From: Candidatus Latescibacterota bacterium
GTDB lineage: Bacteria > Latescibacterota > UBA2968 > GCA-2709665
NCBI GenBank assembly: GCA_965248435.1
Contig: OZ252100.1
Location: 3,008,001 to 3,072,000, forward strand
Length of the DNA stretch: 64,000 nucleotides
Reading direction: 5' to 3'
This document shows, in pieces, positions 11,370 to 21,118 of the stretch. The notes under the pieces are model-generated. The model ran no database searches, had not been told where the DNA came from, and saw only the letters and a list, made by a program, of their open reading frames with translations. The position numbers were made by a program, and so were the translations under genes. How positions within the stretch are numbered: position 1 is the stretch's first letter; each line of letters starts with the position of its first letter.

Positions 11370-11648
11370 ATGGCCAGAAAGCGTTATACCGCAGAGCAGA
11401 TCATCGGGCACCTCCGGCAAGCGGAGATCCTCATCTCCGAGGGCAAGACCATCGGTGAGGCTGCGCGCCATCTCGGCATCAGCGAGCAGACCTACTACCG
11501 TTGGCGCCGTGAATACGGCGGAATGGAAGTCGATCAAGCCCGGCGCCTGAAAGAGCTCGATCAGGAAAACCAACGGTTGAAGAGGCTGGTCGCCGACCAG
11601 GCTCTGGACATCTCGATCCTGAAGGAAGCCTCCCGGGGAAACTTCTAA
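11370..11648 (+). CDS. IS3 transposase OrfA
   Basis: HTH-type MARKRYTAEQII...GISEQTYYRWRREYGG...ENQRLKRLVAD. Confidence 0.9.
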   Translation: MARKRYTAEQIIGHLRQAEILISEGKTIGEAARHLGISEQTYYRWRREYGGMEVDQARRLKELDQENQRLKRLVADQALDISILKEASRGNF

Positions 11649-11689
11649 GCCCGACGCGTCGGCGTCAGACGGTCGGGCACGTCTGTGAG

Positions 11690-12493
11690 GTGCTGACCGT
11701 TTCCGAGCGTCGGGCGTGCCGTGTGCTGGGACAGGTGAGGCGCACCCAGCGATACACGCCCAGGGTGGGAGACGACGAGGAGCTTCTGACCGCGAGCATC
11801 GTCTCTCTGGCCAGCGAATACGGGCGGTATGGCTACCGTAGGATCACGGCCCTGCTCAGGGGTGACGGCTGGCGGGTGAACCACAAGCGGGTGGAGCGGA
11901 TCTGGCGTCAGGAGGGGCTGAAGGTGCCCGCCAGACAGCCGAAGCGCGGTCGGCTGTGGCTCAATGACGGTTCCTGCATCAGGCTCAGACCCGAGCACGG
12001 CAACCACGTTTGGGCTTACGACTTCCTATTCGATCGGACCCAGGAAGGGAGGCCCCTGAAGCTCCTGACGGTGGTCGACGAGTTCACCCGCGAGTGCCTG
12101 GCGATAGAAGTTGCCCGCAAGCAGAGCTCGCGGGACGTTCTACGGATGTTGGCCGGGCTGATGTTGAGGCACGGCATCCCGAAACACATCAGATCGGACA
12201 ACGGGCCCGAGTTCGTGGCCAAAGCCGTCCGGGAGTGGCTCTCGAGGTTGGAGGTCGGGACGTTGTTCATCGAGCCGGGTAGTCCGTGGGAGAACGGCTA
12301 CATCGAAAGCTTCAACGGGAAACTCAGGGATGAACTCCTCAACGGTGAGATCTTCACGACGCTGCAGGAGGCAAAGGTATTGACCGAGGTGTGGCGACGG
12401 CAGTACAATCGGGTCCGCCCACACAGCTCGCTTGGCTATAGGCCGCCGGCGCCTGAAACGGTCTTAGGACCGCTAGTTGCAACCGCATCCTAA
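11690..12493 (+). CDS. IS3 transposase OrfB (rve DDE), probably expressed by -1 frameshift
   Basis: YGYRRI, WAYDF, SDNGPEF and PWENGYIESFNGKLRDE motifs. Confidence 0.92.
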   Translation: MLTVSERRACRVLGQVRRTQRYTPRVGDDEELLTASIVSLASEYGRYGYRRITALLRGDGWRVNHKRVERIWRQEGLKVPARQPKRGRLWLNDGSCIRLRPEHGNHVWAYDFLFDRTQEGRPLKLLTVVDEFTRECLAIEVARKQSSRDVLRMLAGLMLRHGIPKHIRSDNGPEFVAKAVREWLSRLEVGTLFIEPGSPWENGYIESFNGKLRDELLNGEIFTTLQEAKVLTEVWRRQYNRVRPHSSLGYRPPAPETVLGPLVATAS

Positions 12494-12527
12494 CTCTGGA
12501 TGTGGATACATAGGTGGGGGCAGGTCA

Positions 12528-12889
12528 GCGAGCTGGACGACTTCGCCGGACAAACACGTGTAGAGACGGTGGCTTGGATAGATGTAGGTGCGATCCGCGA
12601 CATGAAAATGAAGAATATCCATACCATCGAACAGCTGGCAGGAATGTCCGATGAGGCTATCACTCGGTCGGATATGATCGGGCTGGTAGCTTTGCGCACC
12701 AAAGCGAAAGCGCATATCGCAGACCACCGGAAGTCGTCCGAGTACGATGATATGAAAGCGCAGAACGAGACACTGTCGCAACAGATGGTCCAGATGCAGG
12801 AGCAGATGGCTCAGATGCAAGAGCAGATGACAGCGCAGCCAGAGGGGCAGTCTAAGCGGGGCCCGGGGCGCCCGAGGAAAGCCGAATAA
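12528..12889 (+). pseudogene. Phage virion-region protein, 5'-truncated by IS3
   Basis: NIHTIEQLAGMSD..IGLVALRTKAK and a C-terminal KRGPGRPRK tail resemble small podoviral proteins found upstream of the head-tail adaptor. The listed ORF start lies inside the IS. Confidence 0.6.
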
Positions 12890-12892
12890 TCT

Positions 12893-13259
12893 ATGCCTTC
12901 CACAGAGACAGTACTGACTTTGGCACAGGATGTTGCGGCGTCGATCGGTCTTGAAGTGCCGACATCTCTAAAAAACAATAGAGACCCGACGGCACGGCTG
13001 ATGCTGGTGCTTCTCAATCGCGGCAATCAAGCGCTGGCGTCGAAGCGCGGCCCGTTTGGAGCATCTCGTAGAGCTGGACCTGGAGTGGCGCGTTCGAAAA
13101 GCGCAGGGCTTACAGTACATCGCGGATATTGCAGAGTTCGAGATGGAGCGCGATCGTCTATTTTCGCAAAGCGTGGGACTTCGAGACGTTTACATGTCCC
13201 CTAATTCACAAGACTTCCTTCGTGAGAGCAGTGTTATCCCAGGGTTGGGAGATAGTTAG
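12893..13259 (+). pseudogene. Phage head-tail adaptor (tail tubular A-like) with internal deletion/frameshift
   Basis: N-terminus VLTLAQDVAASIGLEVPT..DPTARLMLVLLNR joins at ~13056 to an out-of-frame C-terminus EHLVELDLEWRVRKAQGLQY. Confidence 0.55.
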
Positions 13260-13327
13260 ATGCCCATAACCATCGGCCTAGATCAAAATATGGTCGAGAC
13301 CCGCTCCGGCTTCGGCTCGGGGCAATG

Positions 13328-13481
13328 CGGATGACGGCGCGATCATGGCCGGTGCTTTTGGACTGTCAAAGCATTTGGTGTGCAATGTTGGCGTGTTCCT
13401 CGAAGCCCGTACTTTGACGTGGTTATCCGGGGACGCTGGCACCGATATAGGTGTAGGCATCGGGCTCTCAACGGCCTTCTA
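13328..13481 (+). pseudogene. C-terminal fragment of a possible outer-membrane beta-barrel protein
   Basis: Hand translation ADDGAIMAGAFGLSKHLVCNVGVFLEART...GVGIGLSTAF*: alternating beta-strand pattern with terminal Phe. Confidence 0.3.
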
Positions 13482-13509
13482 GGGGAAGTAGAGGGAACGC
13501 GGGTCAACC

Positions 13510-14744
13510 CCCCGGTTATGAAGCGTGCCTATCCGTGGGAGGGGAAGTCAGCGCCGTGGCCGACGAGCATCATCTACGACGAAGAGGAAGGCATCTGGAA
13601 GATGTGGTACAATGGCCTGACCCTGGAGGACGTCCCGGTCGAAAGGTTTCTGTACAGGTGTCTCTACGCCACCTCCAAGGATGGCATCAACTGGGACCGG
13701 TCGCCCCTGGGCCTGCACAAGGACGAAGATGGCAACGATACGAACGTCTTCTACTGGGGCAAAGGACAGTATGTGCTCAAGGACAAGGAGGCCGATCCTT
13801 CCAGGCGGTACAAGATGGTCTACTCGACGCGAGGAAAGGCGGGGCTGCAGCACCCGATGGTCCAGCATTCCCCGGACGGGCTTCACTGGACGGAGGACCC
13901 CGGGCCTTTCAGCCACGGACGTGGGGATGAAAATCTCGGCGTGATGTATGACCCGGTGAGCAAGAAGTATGTCGGGATCTGCCGTAACGTCTATCCGAGA
14001 CCCATGCTGGTCCACAGGACGGAACGGTCCATCTATAGGATGCAGAGCAATGACCTGGTTCACTGGTCCACACCCCTGCCCATCATCGACAGGGACGAGC
14101 TGGATCCACTGGATATAGACTTCGAGGGGATGGGAGGGATGTATTATGAGGGCATGTACCTGGGCTTCCTGAGGGTCAGCCACACCGCGCCCAGCACGAT
14201 GGACTGCTGGTTCGCCCACAGCAGAGACGGTTTCCACTGGCAGAGGCCGAGGACCAGACCGTTTTTTACCTGGGGACCGGAGGGGAGCTGGGACTCGAAA
14301 TCGGCGACGATCTCGACCCCGATTCGGGTCGGGGACGAGCTCTGGGTCTACTATTCGGGGTCGAATGGTGAGAAGGAGACAGCCGTCGGATTGGCAAAGC
14401 TGCGGCTGGACGGGTTCGTGTCGATCGATGCCCCTCCCAACACTCGCCACCCGAAGGACAACTCGGCCACACTGATGACGAAGCCCGTGTATTCTCCCGG
14501 CAATCGACTCGTGATCAATGCGGAAGCTTCCAATGGCAGTATCGAGGCGGAGTTGCTGAGCGTGGATGGGTTCGTGATCGATGGTTATTCGAGAGAAGAC
14601 TGCGACAGCTTCAGCGGGGACAGTCTGGCGCATACCGTCACGTGGAAAGGGAAGGCGGATATAGGTGGGTGTATTCCCGCGAGGATTCGTATTTATATGG
14701 AGAAGGCGAAGCTTTACGCATTGCAGATTCCCAAGGGTCAGTAG
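13510..14744 (+). pseudogene. Five-bladed beta-propeller glycoside hydrolase-like protein, paralog A (5'-truncated)
   Basis: Aligns to paralog B only from PVMKRAYPWEG and lacks the ~90-aa N-terminus. WKMWY, DPSRRYKM, SRDGFHW and LRLDGFVS motifs. Confidence 0.75.
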
Positions 14745-14760
14745 AGAAGACGTGAGTATC

Positions 14761-14840
14761 CGGGTACCGGGGAATCAAAACACGGGTACCGGGAAGACAA
14801 AACACGGGGGAACCGGAAATCGCAAAGGCCAGGTACTGGG
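14761..14840 (+). repeat. CGGGTAC/AAAACAC heptamer repeat tract upstream of four-helix-bundle gene 1
   Basis: cgggtaccgggg..aaaacacgggtaccggg..aaaacacggg..aggtactggg. Confidence 0.8.
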
Positions 14841-14852
14841 ATGATGGGAAAT

Positions 14853-15236
14853 ATGAAAGTGAGTAGCTATAGAGACCTGGATGTATGGAACAAGGGCATC
14901 GAAATCGTGGATTACGTGTATGAGGTTACGTCTCAGTTTCCAAAGGAAGAAACGTATGGTTTAGCCGCGCACATGCAAAAAACGGCAATATCCATACCCT
15001 CGAACATCGCCGAAGGTCATGCTCGACAGCATACCAGAGAGTACCAGCAGTTCTGTCATATCGCGCTGGGTTCGTGTGCCGAATTGGTGACGCAGTTGAC
15101 TATCGCAGAGCGACGAAGCTATGTGTCTGACGAAGATTTCGCGAAATTGGAAGACGAGTTGGACCACGAAACTCGAATGCTCCAGAGCTCGATTGGGAGT
15201 CTAAAGGAGAAATCGAGCAAAGAATCTAAATCTTGA
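14853..15236 (+). CDS. Four-helix-bundle protein (23S rRNA-IVP/TIGR02436-like), copy 1
   Basis: SYRDLDVW...FPKEETYGL..AISIPSNIAEG..IALGSCAEL.TQL signature. Confidence 0.92.
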   Translation: MKVSSYRDLDVWNKGIEIVDYVYEVTSQFPKEETYGLAAHMQKTAISIPSNIAEGHARQHTREYQQFCHIALGSCAELVTQLTIAERRSYVSDEDFAKLEDELDHETRMLQSSIGSLKEKSSKESKS

Positions 15237-15257
15237 GATCAGGAGAGATTGTTCGGC

Positions 15258-15286
15258 CCCCCGGTACCCGGTACCCGAGGTCGGGT
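15258..15286 (-). repeat. Inverted (GTACCCG) repeats plus ACCCGA-TCGGGT hairpin
   Basis: ccggtacccggtacccgaggtcgggt is the reverse complement of the upstream tract unit. Confidence 0.8.
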
Positions 15287-15326
15287 AACAGGTCGCGCGA
15301 TTTCGCTGATAAGGAGATGTGAAGCT

Positions 15327-16826
15327 ATGAGGCTCGAAATCCCTGGTTCAGAACTGATCGTGAACGTCGGGACTCAAAAGCAGCTGTTCATAGATGACTA
15401 TATCATCGAGCGGTCGCGGTGGATCACGCCCCGACTCGCCGAGACGGCGCGCTATATCCAGCCCCCTGCCCGGGACCGGAGCGATCTGGACGGCTGGACG
15501 GAGGGGGTGGATCGGATCTCGGGAGACGTCCCGGGTCACCTGATCCGGGCGACCAGCTTCGTGACGCGGACCCTGAATCAGCCGGAGCGGTTCGAGGGCA
15601 ACCCGGTTATGAAGCGTGCCTATCCGTGGGAAGGGGAGTCTGCGCCGTGGCCGACCAGTATCCTTTACGACGAAGAGGAAGGCATCTGGAAGATGTGGTA
15701 CAACGGTCTGACCACAGAGGACGTTCCGAAGCGGGCGTGGCATTATCGGTGTCTCTACGCCACGTCCCCGGACGGCGTTGCCTGGGACCGGTCGCCCCTG
15801 GGGCTGCACAAGGACGAAGAGGGCAACGATACGAACGTCTTCTACTGGGGAAAAGGGCAGTATATCTTCAAGGACAAAGAGGCCGATCCTTCCAGACGGT
15901 ACAAGATGGTCTACTCCACGCGCAGCAAAGCCGGGCTGCAGCACCCGATGGTCCAGCATTCCCCCGACGGCCTTCACTGGACAGAGGACCCCGGACCTTT
16001 CAGCCACGGCCGGGGAGATGAAAACCTCGGGGTGATGTATGACCCCGTAAGTAGGAAGTATGTCGGGATCTGCCGAAACGTCTATCCGAAACCGGTCCTG
16101 GTCCACAGGACGGAACGGTCCATCTATAGGATGCAGAGCAATGACCTGGTTCACTGGTCCACACCCCTGCCCATCATCGACAGGGACGAGCTGGATCCGA
16201 TGGATATGGACTTCGAGGGGATGGGTGGGATGTTCTATGAGAACATGTACCTGGGCTTTCTGAGGGTCAGCCACACCGCATCTACCACGATGGACTCGTG
16301 GTTTGCCCACAGCAGGGACGGTTTCCACTGGCAGAGGCCAAGGACCCGCCCCTTTCTGCCCAGGGGACCGGAGGGGAGCTGGGACCCGGAATCGGTGACG
16401 ATCTCACAGCCTCCGATACAAGTCGGCGATGAACTCTGGGTGTTCTATGCCGGGGGGGGTGGCCAGGGTTCGGCCGTCGGACTGGCCAAGCTGCGCCTGG
16501 ACGGGTTCGTGTCGATCGATGCCTTCGATCGCACGGCGAAAAACAGAGCGCCCACGCTGATGACAAAACCGATCTATTCTCCCGGCAATCGTCTGGTCGT
16601 GAACGCGGACGCCTCTGCAGGGTTCATCGACGCGGAGTTGTTGAACGTGGATGGATATGTGATGGATGGATTTTCCAGAGAAGACTGCGACACCTTTCAG
16701 GGGGACAGCCGTGAGCATACCTTCAGCTGGAAGGGAAATTCCGATATCGGAGGATGCATGCCGGCAAGAATCCGATTCACGATGAAGAGCGCGAAGCTTT
16801 ATGCGCTGCAGGTTCCCAAGGCGTAA
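15327..16826 (+). CDS. Beta-propeller glycoside hydrolase-like protein, paralog B (GH32/43/130-type fold)
   Basis: AAGGAG RBS, KQLFIDD start, propeller motifs, conserved C-terminal domain LRLDGFVS..GNRLVVNA..KLYALQ. No signal peptide. Confidence 0.8.
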   Translation: MRLEIPGSELIVNVGTQKQLFIDDYIIERSRWITPRLAETARYIQPPARDRSDLDGWTEGVDRISGDVPGHLIRATSFVTRTLNQPERFEGNPVMKRAYPWEGESAPWPTSILYDEEEGIWKMWYNGLTTEDVPKRAWHYRCLYATSPDGVAWDRSPLGLHKDEEGNDTNVFYWGKGQYIFKDKEADPSRRYKMVYSTRSKAGLQHPMVQHSPDGLHWTEDPGPFSHGRGDENLGVMYDPVSRKYVGICRNVYPKPVLVHRTERSIYRMQSNDLVHWSTPLPIIDRDELDPMDMDFEGMGGMFYENMYLGFLRVSHTASTTMDSWFAHSRDGFHWQRPRTRPFLPRGPEGSWDPESVTISQPPIQVGDELWVFYAGGGGQGSAVGLAKLRLDGFVSIDAFDRTAKNRAPTLMTKPIYSPGNRLVVNADASAGFIDAELLNVDGYVMDGFSREDCDTFQGDSREHTFSWKGNSDIGGCMPARIRFTMKSAKLYALQVPKA

Positions 16827-16830
16827 AGAC

Positions 16831-16864
16831 CGGGTACCGGGTACCGGGTACCGCAAAACCCGGG
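16831..16864 (+). repeat. Solo (CGGGTAC)3 tract
   Basis: Three perfect heptamers 4 nt after the stop codon. Confidence 0.8.
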
Positions 16865-16971
16865 AATCGCTGGTCGTGTCCTGGAGGAGACGACCGGATC
16901 GTGGATCGTCGTTCGTCAAGTATTGAATTGGAGTCCGGAAAACCGCGAGGGTCAAGGCGATCAAAATCAGC

Positions 16972-16999
16972 GTAGGGGCACGGCGCGCCGTGCCCCTAC
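16972..16999. repeat. GTAG-type REP palindrome
   Basis: GTAGGGGCACGGCGCGCCGTGCCCCTAC perfect palindrome. Confidence 0.75.
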
Positions 17000-17150
17000 G
17001 AGCTAATATTGTAGATAAGAATCAATGTTTGAAGAAAGGAGGGGCCGGGGGAGGGTCAGCTGCGGAATCGGTGTTAGAAATGACGGAGGCGAACACCGAT
17101 TTTTCACCAGAAATTGTGGATAGGCATTATGTTGAAGGTCTGTAAAGGGC

Positions 17151-17370
17151 CGGGTACCGGGTATCATAAAAGATCGGTTACAGAGACCCAGACAGTGTAG
17201 GGTCGACGCATGCGTCGACCCGGGTACCGTAAAAGACCGGTTACAGAGACCCGGACGGTGTAGGGGCGACGCACGCGTCGCCCCGGGGAAAGCAAAACAC
17301 GGGTACTGGGTACCGTCAAAAGAAGAGCACAACCTTCCCCCTTTCCCAAAGGGGGATTAAGGGGGATTTC
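17151..17370 (+). repeat. Composite repeat cluster: two ~63-bp units with GTAG-REP hairpins, CGGGTAC repeats and a CCCCCTTT-AAAGGGGG palindrome
   Basis: Direct comparison of units starting at ~17157 and ~17220. The last palindrome recurs at ~25030. Confidence 0.75.
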
Positions 17371-17394
17371 CCCTGACGTGAAGAGGTCCTACCC

Positions 17395-18450
17395 ATGAAC
17401 GAAAACTTACCGAGTCACCGAGCAACGCGGGAAAAGGTCAGGTCCGTGATGTCCTGCAACAATCCGGACCCGATTCCTTTGTTCATGCCGGCCATATACG
17501 AACACAAGGCCTGGTTCATCGACGGCACGCCATCGAATGTTTCGAGAGATGCAGATCTTTTCACCAAGGCGGTGATCACGGAGTTCGAGCAGATAGGACC
17601 GGACGCGCTGACGATCGGGATCGACGTCTACAACCTCGAGGCCGAGGCCGCGGGCTGCACGGTCAGGTTCTACGAGGGGGACGACACGAGCATTCCCGGC
17701 ATTCGGCCCGGTAACCATATCATCAAACTGGGTGAGGACGTGAACAACCGCCGGGTCCCGAACCCGGCGTCGGACGGCCGAATGCCGATCAACATCGAGG
17801 TGGCCCGCCGTGTCGTTGCCGAACTGGGCGACGAGGTCTGGGTGCGCGGGGCCGTGTCGGGACCGTTCTCGCTGGCGATCAGCCTCATGGGCGCCGAGGA
17901 TCTGTTCCTCGCGACGCTGGATGATCCGAAATTCGTGCACGAACTGCTCGCCTATGCGGGGCGCATCATCAAAGATTTCGGCGAGGCGTACATGGGCGTG
18001 GGCGCCGATGTGATCATGTTCGACTCCCAGGCATCACCTGACCTTTTGTCACCCCAGATGTATGCGGAGTATGTGGCGCCTGTGACGCAGGACCTGAACC
18101 GTCACTTCGCCGAGCTGGGCATGGCGCACGTGCCGCTGATCATCGGTGGCAACACGACCCGCGTGATTGATGCCCTCCTCTCCACTGGCGCGAACAACCT
18201 GCTGTGCGATTTCACCGCGGACTGGTCGATCTGGCTGGACAAGAGCCGCAGTGCCAATCGGGCGCTACGTCGCAATTTGAACCCTGCGTTTATCGAAAAG
18301 GCTGATCCGGATCAGATCCATGAGGTTGCTACGGGAGTGGTTCAGGAGGGCGAAGGCTACGGCGGCTTTATCGTCGGCACGGCGGTAGTGCCCTACGGGA
18401 CGCCGACGGAGAATCTGCTAGCTGTCAAACAGGCTTGTGTGGAGGCGTAA
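17395..18450 (+). CDS. Uroporphyrinogen decarboxylase / MtaA-CmuA family protein
   Basis: DVYNLEAEAAGC, GPFSLA, DSQASPDLLSP..Y.EYV..P and VVPYGTP.ENL motifs. Confidence 0.85.
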   Translation: MNENLPSHRATREKVRSVMSCNNPDPIPLFMPAIYEHKAWFIDGTPSNVSRDADLFTKAVITEFEQIGPDALTIGIDVYNLEAEAAGCTVRFYEGDDTSIPGIRPGNHIIKLGEDVNNRRVPNPASDGRMPINIEVARRVVAELGDEVWVRGAVSGPFSLAISLMGAEDLFLATLDDPKFVHELLAYAGRIIKDFGEAYMGVGADVIMFDSQASPDLLSPQMYAEYVAPVTQDLNRHFAELGMAHVPLIIGGNTTRVIDALLSTGANNLLCDFTADWSIWLDKSRSANRALRRNLNPAFIEKADPDQIHEVATGVVQEGEGYGGFIVGTAVVPYGTPTENLLAVKQACVEA

Positions 18451-18554
18451 ACGGCCGGGTACCGGGAAATCAAGAACGGGTGTAAGAAATTGGGGATTGG
18501 GGATTGCGGAATGAAAAGCAGAAGCGGTGTGTTTCGTGGTAGAGGGCGCAACGT

Positions 18555-18689
18555 TGTCATGCCTGCCCCGGTTCGCACCCGGGGTAAACTCCAGCAGGCA
18601 TCCAGTCCGAAAGAAGATGGCAATCGCGCGTTAATGCATCTGGATTCCCGCTCCCTGCTTTCGCAGGGACAAGCTTTGCGGGAATGACG
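18555..18689. repeat. GTCAT..CATCCAG / CTGGATTCCCGC..GCGGGAATGAC paired palindromic repeat with nested hairpins
   Basis: Paired REP-like halves, each carrying an inserted stem-loop. Confidence 0.6.
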
Positions 18690-18980
18690 ATGGTGCGCCC
18701 TCTAACCCTTGTGAGTACAGTCTAACGTCTGTAACAAGCCACTAGACTTTCACGAGAAACGCCCCCGCGAGGTCGTGCTGAGATCGGGTAAGGCTGCACT
18801 CGCTCCCGCTCGCTCCGCCTTACCCGATCTCCCACGCCTCTGCTTGCCCATATCGGACCCTCGTTTCTGACCAACCGTAGGTCAATGGAGTGTCCAAGTA
18901 AACTCCGGGGCGCTGGAATTCTAACTTGACATCCACACATTTTCTGAGGTCTGTTTATTAAGGTAGTCTGTTACAGTGTC

Positions 18981-19100
18981 CTGGCGGCGAAGCACGGCGT
19001 CGTTTCCAGAGAGATGGACGTCAAGGCCTTGCATAGGGCGCTCCTCGAGGATGGCTGCTATCTGGGAGATGCGGTAAGGTTGAGGGAACTGGCCTTGTAG
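18981..19100 (+). pseudogene. C-terminal remnant of an FAD-dependent oxidoreductase-like gene
   Basis: Hand translation LAAKHGVVSREMDVKALHRALLEDGCYLGDAVRLRELAL* resembles the family C-terminus. No start. Confidence 0.5.
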
Positions 19101-19129
19101 ACCCATTGTCCAGCTGGGAGAACCTGGTC

Positions 19130-21118
19130 ATGAGAGAGCAACCCAAGTGGCTCCGGGAAGGGCTGATCTTCGTCGGTAACTGGGAGACCCTCGTCGCGCG
19201 GACCCGCCACGGCGGCCTTGCCGAGAACGTGCGGGAGCTCTACAAGGCGGAGCATACGGAAGAAGTGGTGCGCCGGCTGAAGGACGTGGGCGTCAACATG
19301 ATCCTGATGCACTACTTCAAGACGGGGCTCCGGGTCGAGGAGGAGGAGCGGGCATACGCCGCCCAGCTCGCGGGGTTCTGCCGGAAGCACGGGATGCGGG
19401 TCGGCACCTACATCGGTGGGACGATCTACTACGAGACGCTGGCGCAGGATGATGAAGACTGTGTCAACTGGGCCGCACGCGACGAGGATGGCCGGCCGAT
19501 CCGCCGGTCCCTTTCTTCCGGGCTGTGCAGGTACAAGCCCTGCTACAATCAACCCGGCTACCGGGCCTTCATCCGGCGTGTCGTCGAGATGGCCGTGAAG
19601 GAGCTCGGGACCGATCTCGTCCACTTCGACAACTTCGGAGACAGCGCGGAGCCAGTTTGCCACTGCGGGGAGTGTGTCCGGAAGTTCTCGGAATTCCTGG
19701 AGGCGAAATACCCGGACGCGTCGATCCGGCTCGAGCGGTACGGCTTCACCGACCTCTCCCGCATCCGGCCGCCGGTCTTTCCGAAGACGGTTCCCCCGGA
19801 GAAGTACCCGTTGGTCCGCGATCCCTCCGTTCAGGACTGGATGGAGTTCAGTAGCGAGAGCCTCACGGATTTCTACCGGGAGATGAGTGATCTGATCCTG
19901 GAGCTCAATCCGGAGGTGGCGGTCGAGTGCAATCCGGGGGGAGTCCGACCCGGCAACTGTTGCTACTACTGCGGTGTCGATCTGCCGCGGCTGGTCGTGC
20001 ACGGGGATGTGTTCTGGACTGAGGAGAACGCCGAGCCGCGCCTGGAGGACGGCCGACTCATTTCGAGGATCCGGACCTTCAAGGCGGCACAGTCGCTGGG
20101 GAACGTGCTCTTTTCCTACGCGCTCGGGCCACACACGACCCGGTTCCGAAGGTTCAGCAAGGACGCCAGGCTGCCGGTCCTCGAGCCGATGATCCTGGGG
20201 GGCCCCACGATCGGATGCGTGGGCATGATGTGGGAGGGCGGAGAGGTGGAAGAGATCGAAATGAATCTCCGCTCCCCGGACTTCGCCTTCTTCCTGAGGC
20301 ATCGATCTCACTTCGTGGATGCCGAGCCCGTTGCCGACGTGGCGGTGGTGCGCGGTTTCAGCTCCATGGCCTTCAATGCGGTCGATCCTCACCGGGACGT
20401 CTGGTTCTTCGAGCAGGCGCTTGTTCAGTCTGCTGTGCCGTTCACGCTCGCTTTCGACCGCGACCTGACCGAGAGCTGCCGCTACCGGGTGCTCGTGCTG
20501 GCCGGCCAGGAGTGTATCAGCGAGGAGCAGGTGCGCTTCCTCGATGCGTTTCTGCGGGCCGGGTACGGGGTCGTGCTGACAGAAAATTCGGGGACGCACA
20601 ACCCGTGGCATCGCGTTAGAACCGAGCCTCTGACGAAGGTCCTCAGGGCGCGTGCTGACGGGATCGAGACGCTGGAGGGTGGCGTGATTCAAGCGCAGAT
20701 CGGCCGCGGGCGCGCGGCCATCGTTCCCGCCATCGTGGCCACCGCAGATGACCCTTCCGGACCTTTCGACTGGAAACGTCCGGAGAACTGGAAGGATCTC
20801 GTGGACGCGGTCAAGTGGGCGGCGGGCGGGACCCTGTCCGTCGAAGTCGAGGCACCCCCCTCGTTCATCGTGGAGGTCCGCCGGCAGACCGAACCGGATC
20901 GGCTCTTGATCCACCTGCTCAACTTCGATTCGGGGTCTTCTGGTTCCGACCTCCGGGTCTCGGTGGGCATCCCGGAGTTCACACAGTCGGCGGGCTGCGT
21001 CGAGCTGAGTCCGGAGGAACCCGAAGGGCGCGTGGTCCATACCGAGTCGGATGGTGATAGGATCGTGTTTACGGTTTCTGGTGTGGAGAAGTACAGACTG
21101 GTCATCATTGATGGTTGA
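19130..21118 (+). CDS. Putative glycoside hydrolase-like TIM-barrel protein with beta-galactosidase trimerisation-like domain
   Basis: PCYNQPGYR..DLVHFDN..CHCGEC, RYRVLVLAGQECIS and C-terminal LLIHLLNF motifs. Confidence 0.7.
   Translation: MREQPKWLREGLIFVGNWETLVARTRHGGLAENVRELYKAEHTEEVVRRLKDVGVNMILMHYFKTGLRVEEEERAYAAQLAGFCRKHGMRVGTYIGGTIYYETLAQDDEDCVNWAARDEDGRPIRRSLSSGLCRYKPCYNQPGYRAFIRRVVEMAVKELGTDLVHFDNFGDSAEPVCHCGECVRKFSEFLEAKYPDASIRLERYGFTDLSRIRPPVFPKTVPPEKYPLVRDPSVQDWMEFSSESLTDFYREMSDLILELNPEVAVECNPGGVRPGNCCYYCGVDLPRLVVHGDVFWTEENAEPRLEDGRLISRIRTFKAAQSLGNVLFSYALGPHTTRFRRFSKDARLPVLEPMILGGPTIGCVGMMWEGGEVEEIEMNLRSPDFAFFLRHRSHFVDAEPVADVAVVRGFSSMAFNAVDPHRDVWFFEQALVQSAVPFTLAFDRDLTESCRYRVLVLAGQECISEEQVRFLDAFLRAGYGVVLTENSGTHNPWHRVRTEPLTKVLRARADGIETLEGGVIQAQIGRGRAAIVPAIVATADDPSGPFDWKRPENWKDLVDAVKWAAGGTLSVEVEAPPSFIVEVRRQTEPDRLLIHLLNFDSGSSGSDLRVSVGIPEFTQSAGCVELSPEEPEGRVVHTESDGDRIVFTVSGVEKYRLVIIDG

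Larger units (their letters stand above)
11304..12527 (+). mobile_element. IS3-family insertion sequence, copy 1
   Basis: TGACCTG...CAGGTCA terminal IRs, orfA/orfB with GGGAAAC slip site. Flanks GTTT / GCGA, so no target duplication. Confidence 0.95.

Noticed and set aside
13380-13509. N-terminus of ORF 13380-14744 as genuine
   Set aside because: No similarity to paralog N-termini; it is read-through of unrelated upstream DNA.
17151-17310. CRISPR array
   Set aside because: Only two units, no unique spacers and no cas genes; these are REP/heptamer repeats.
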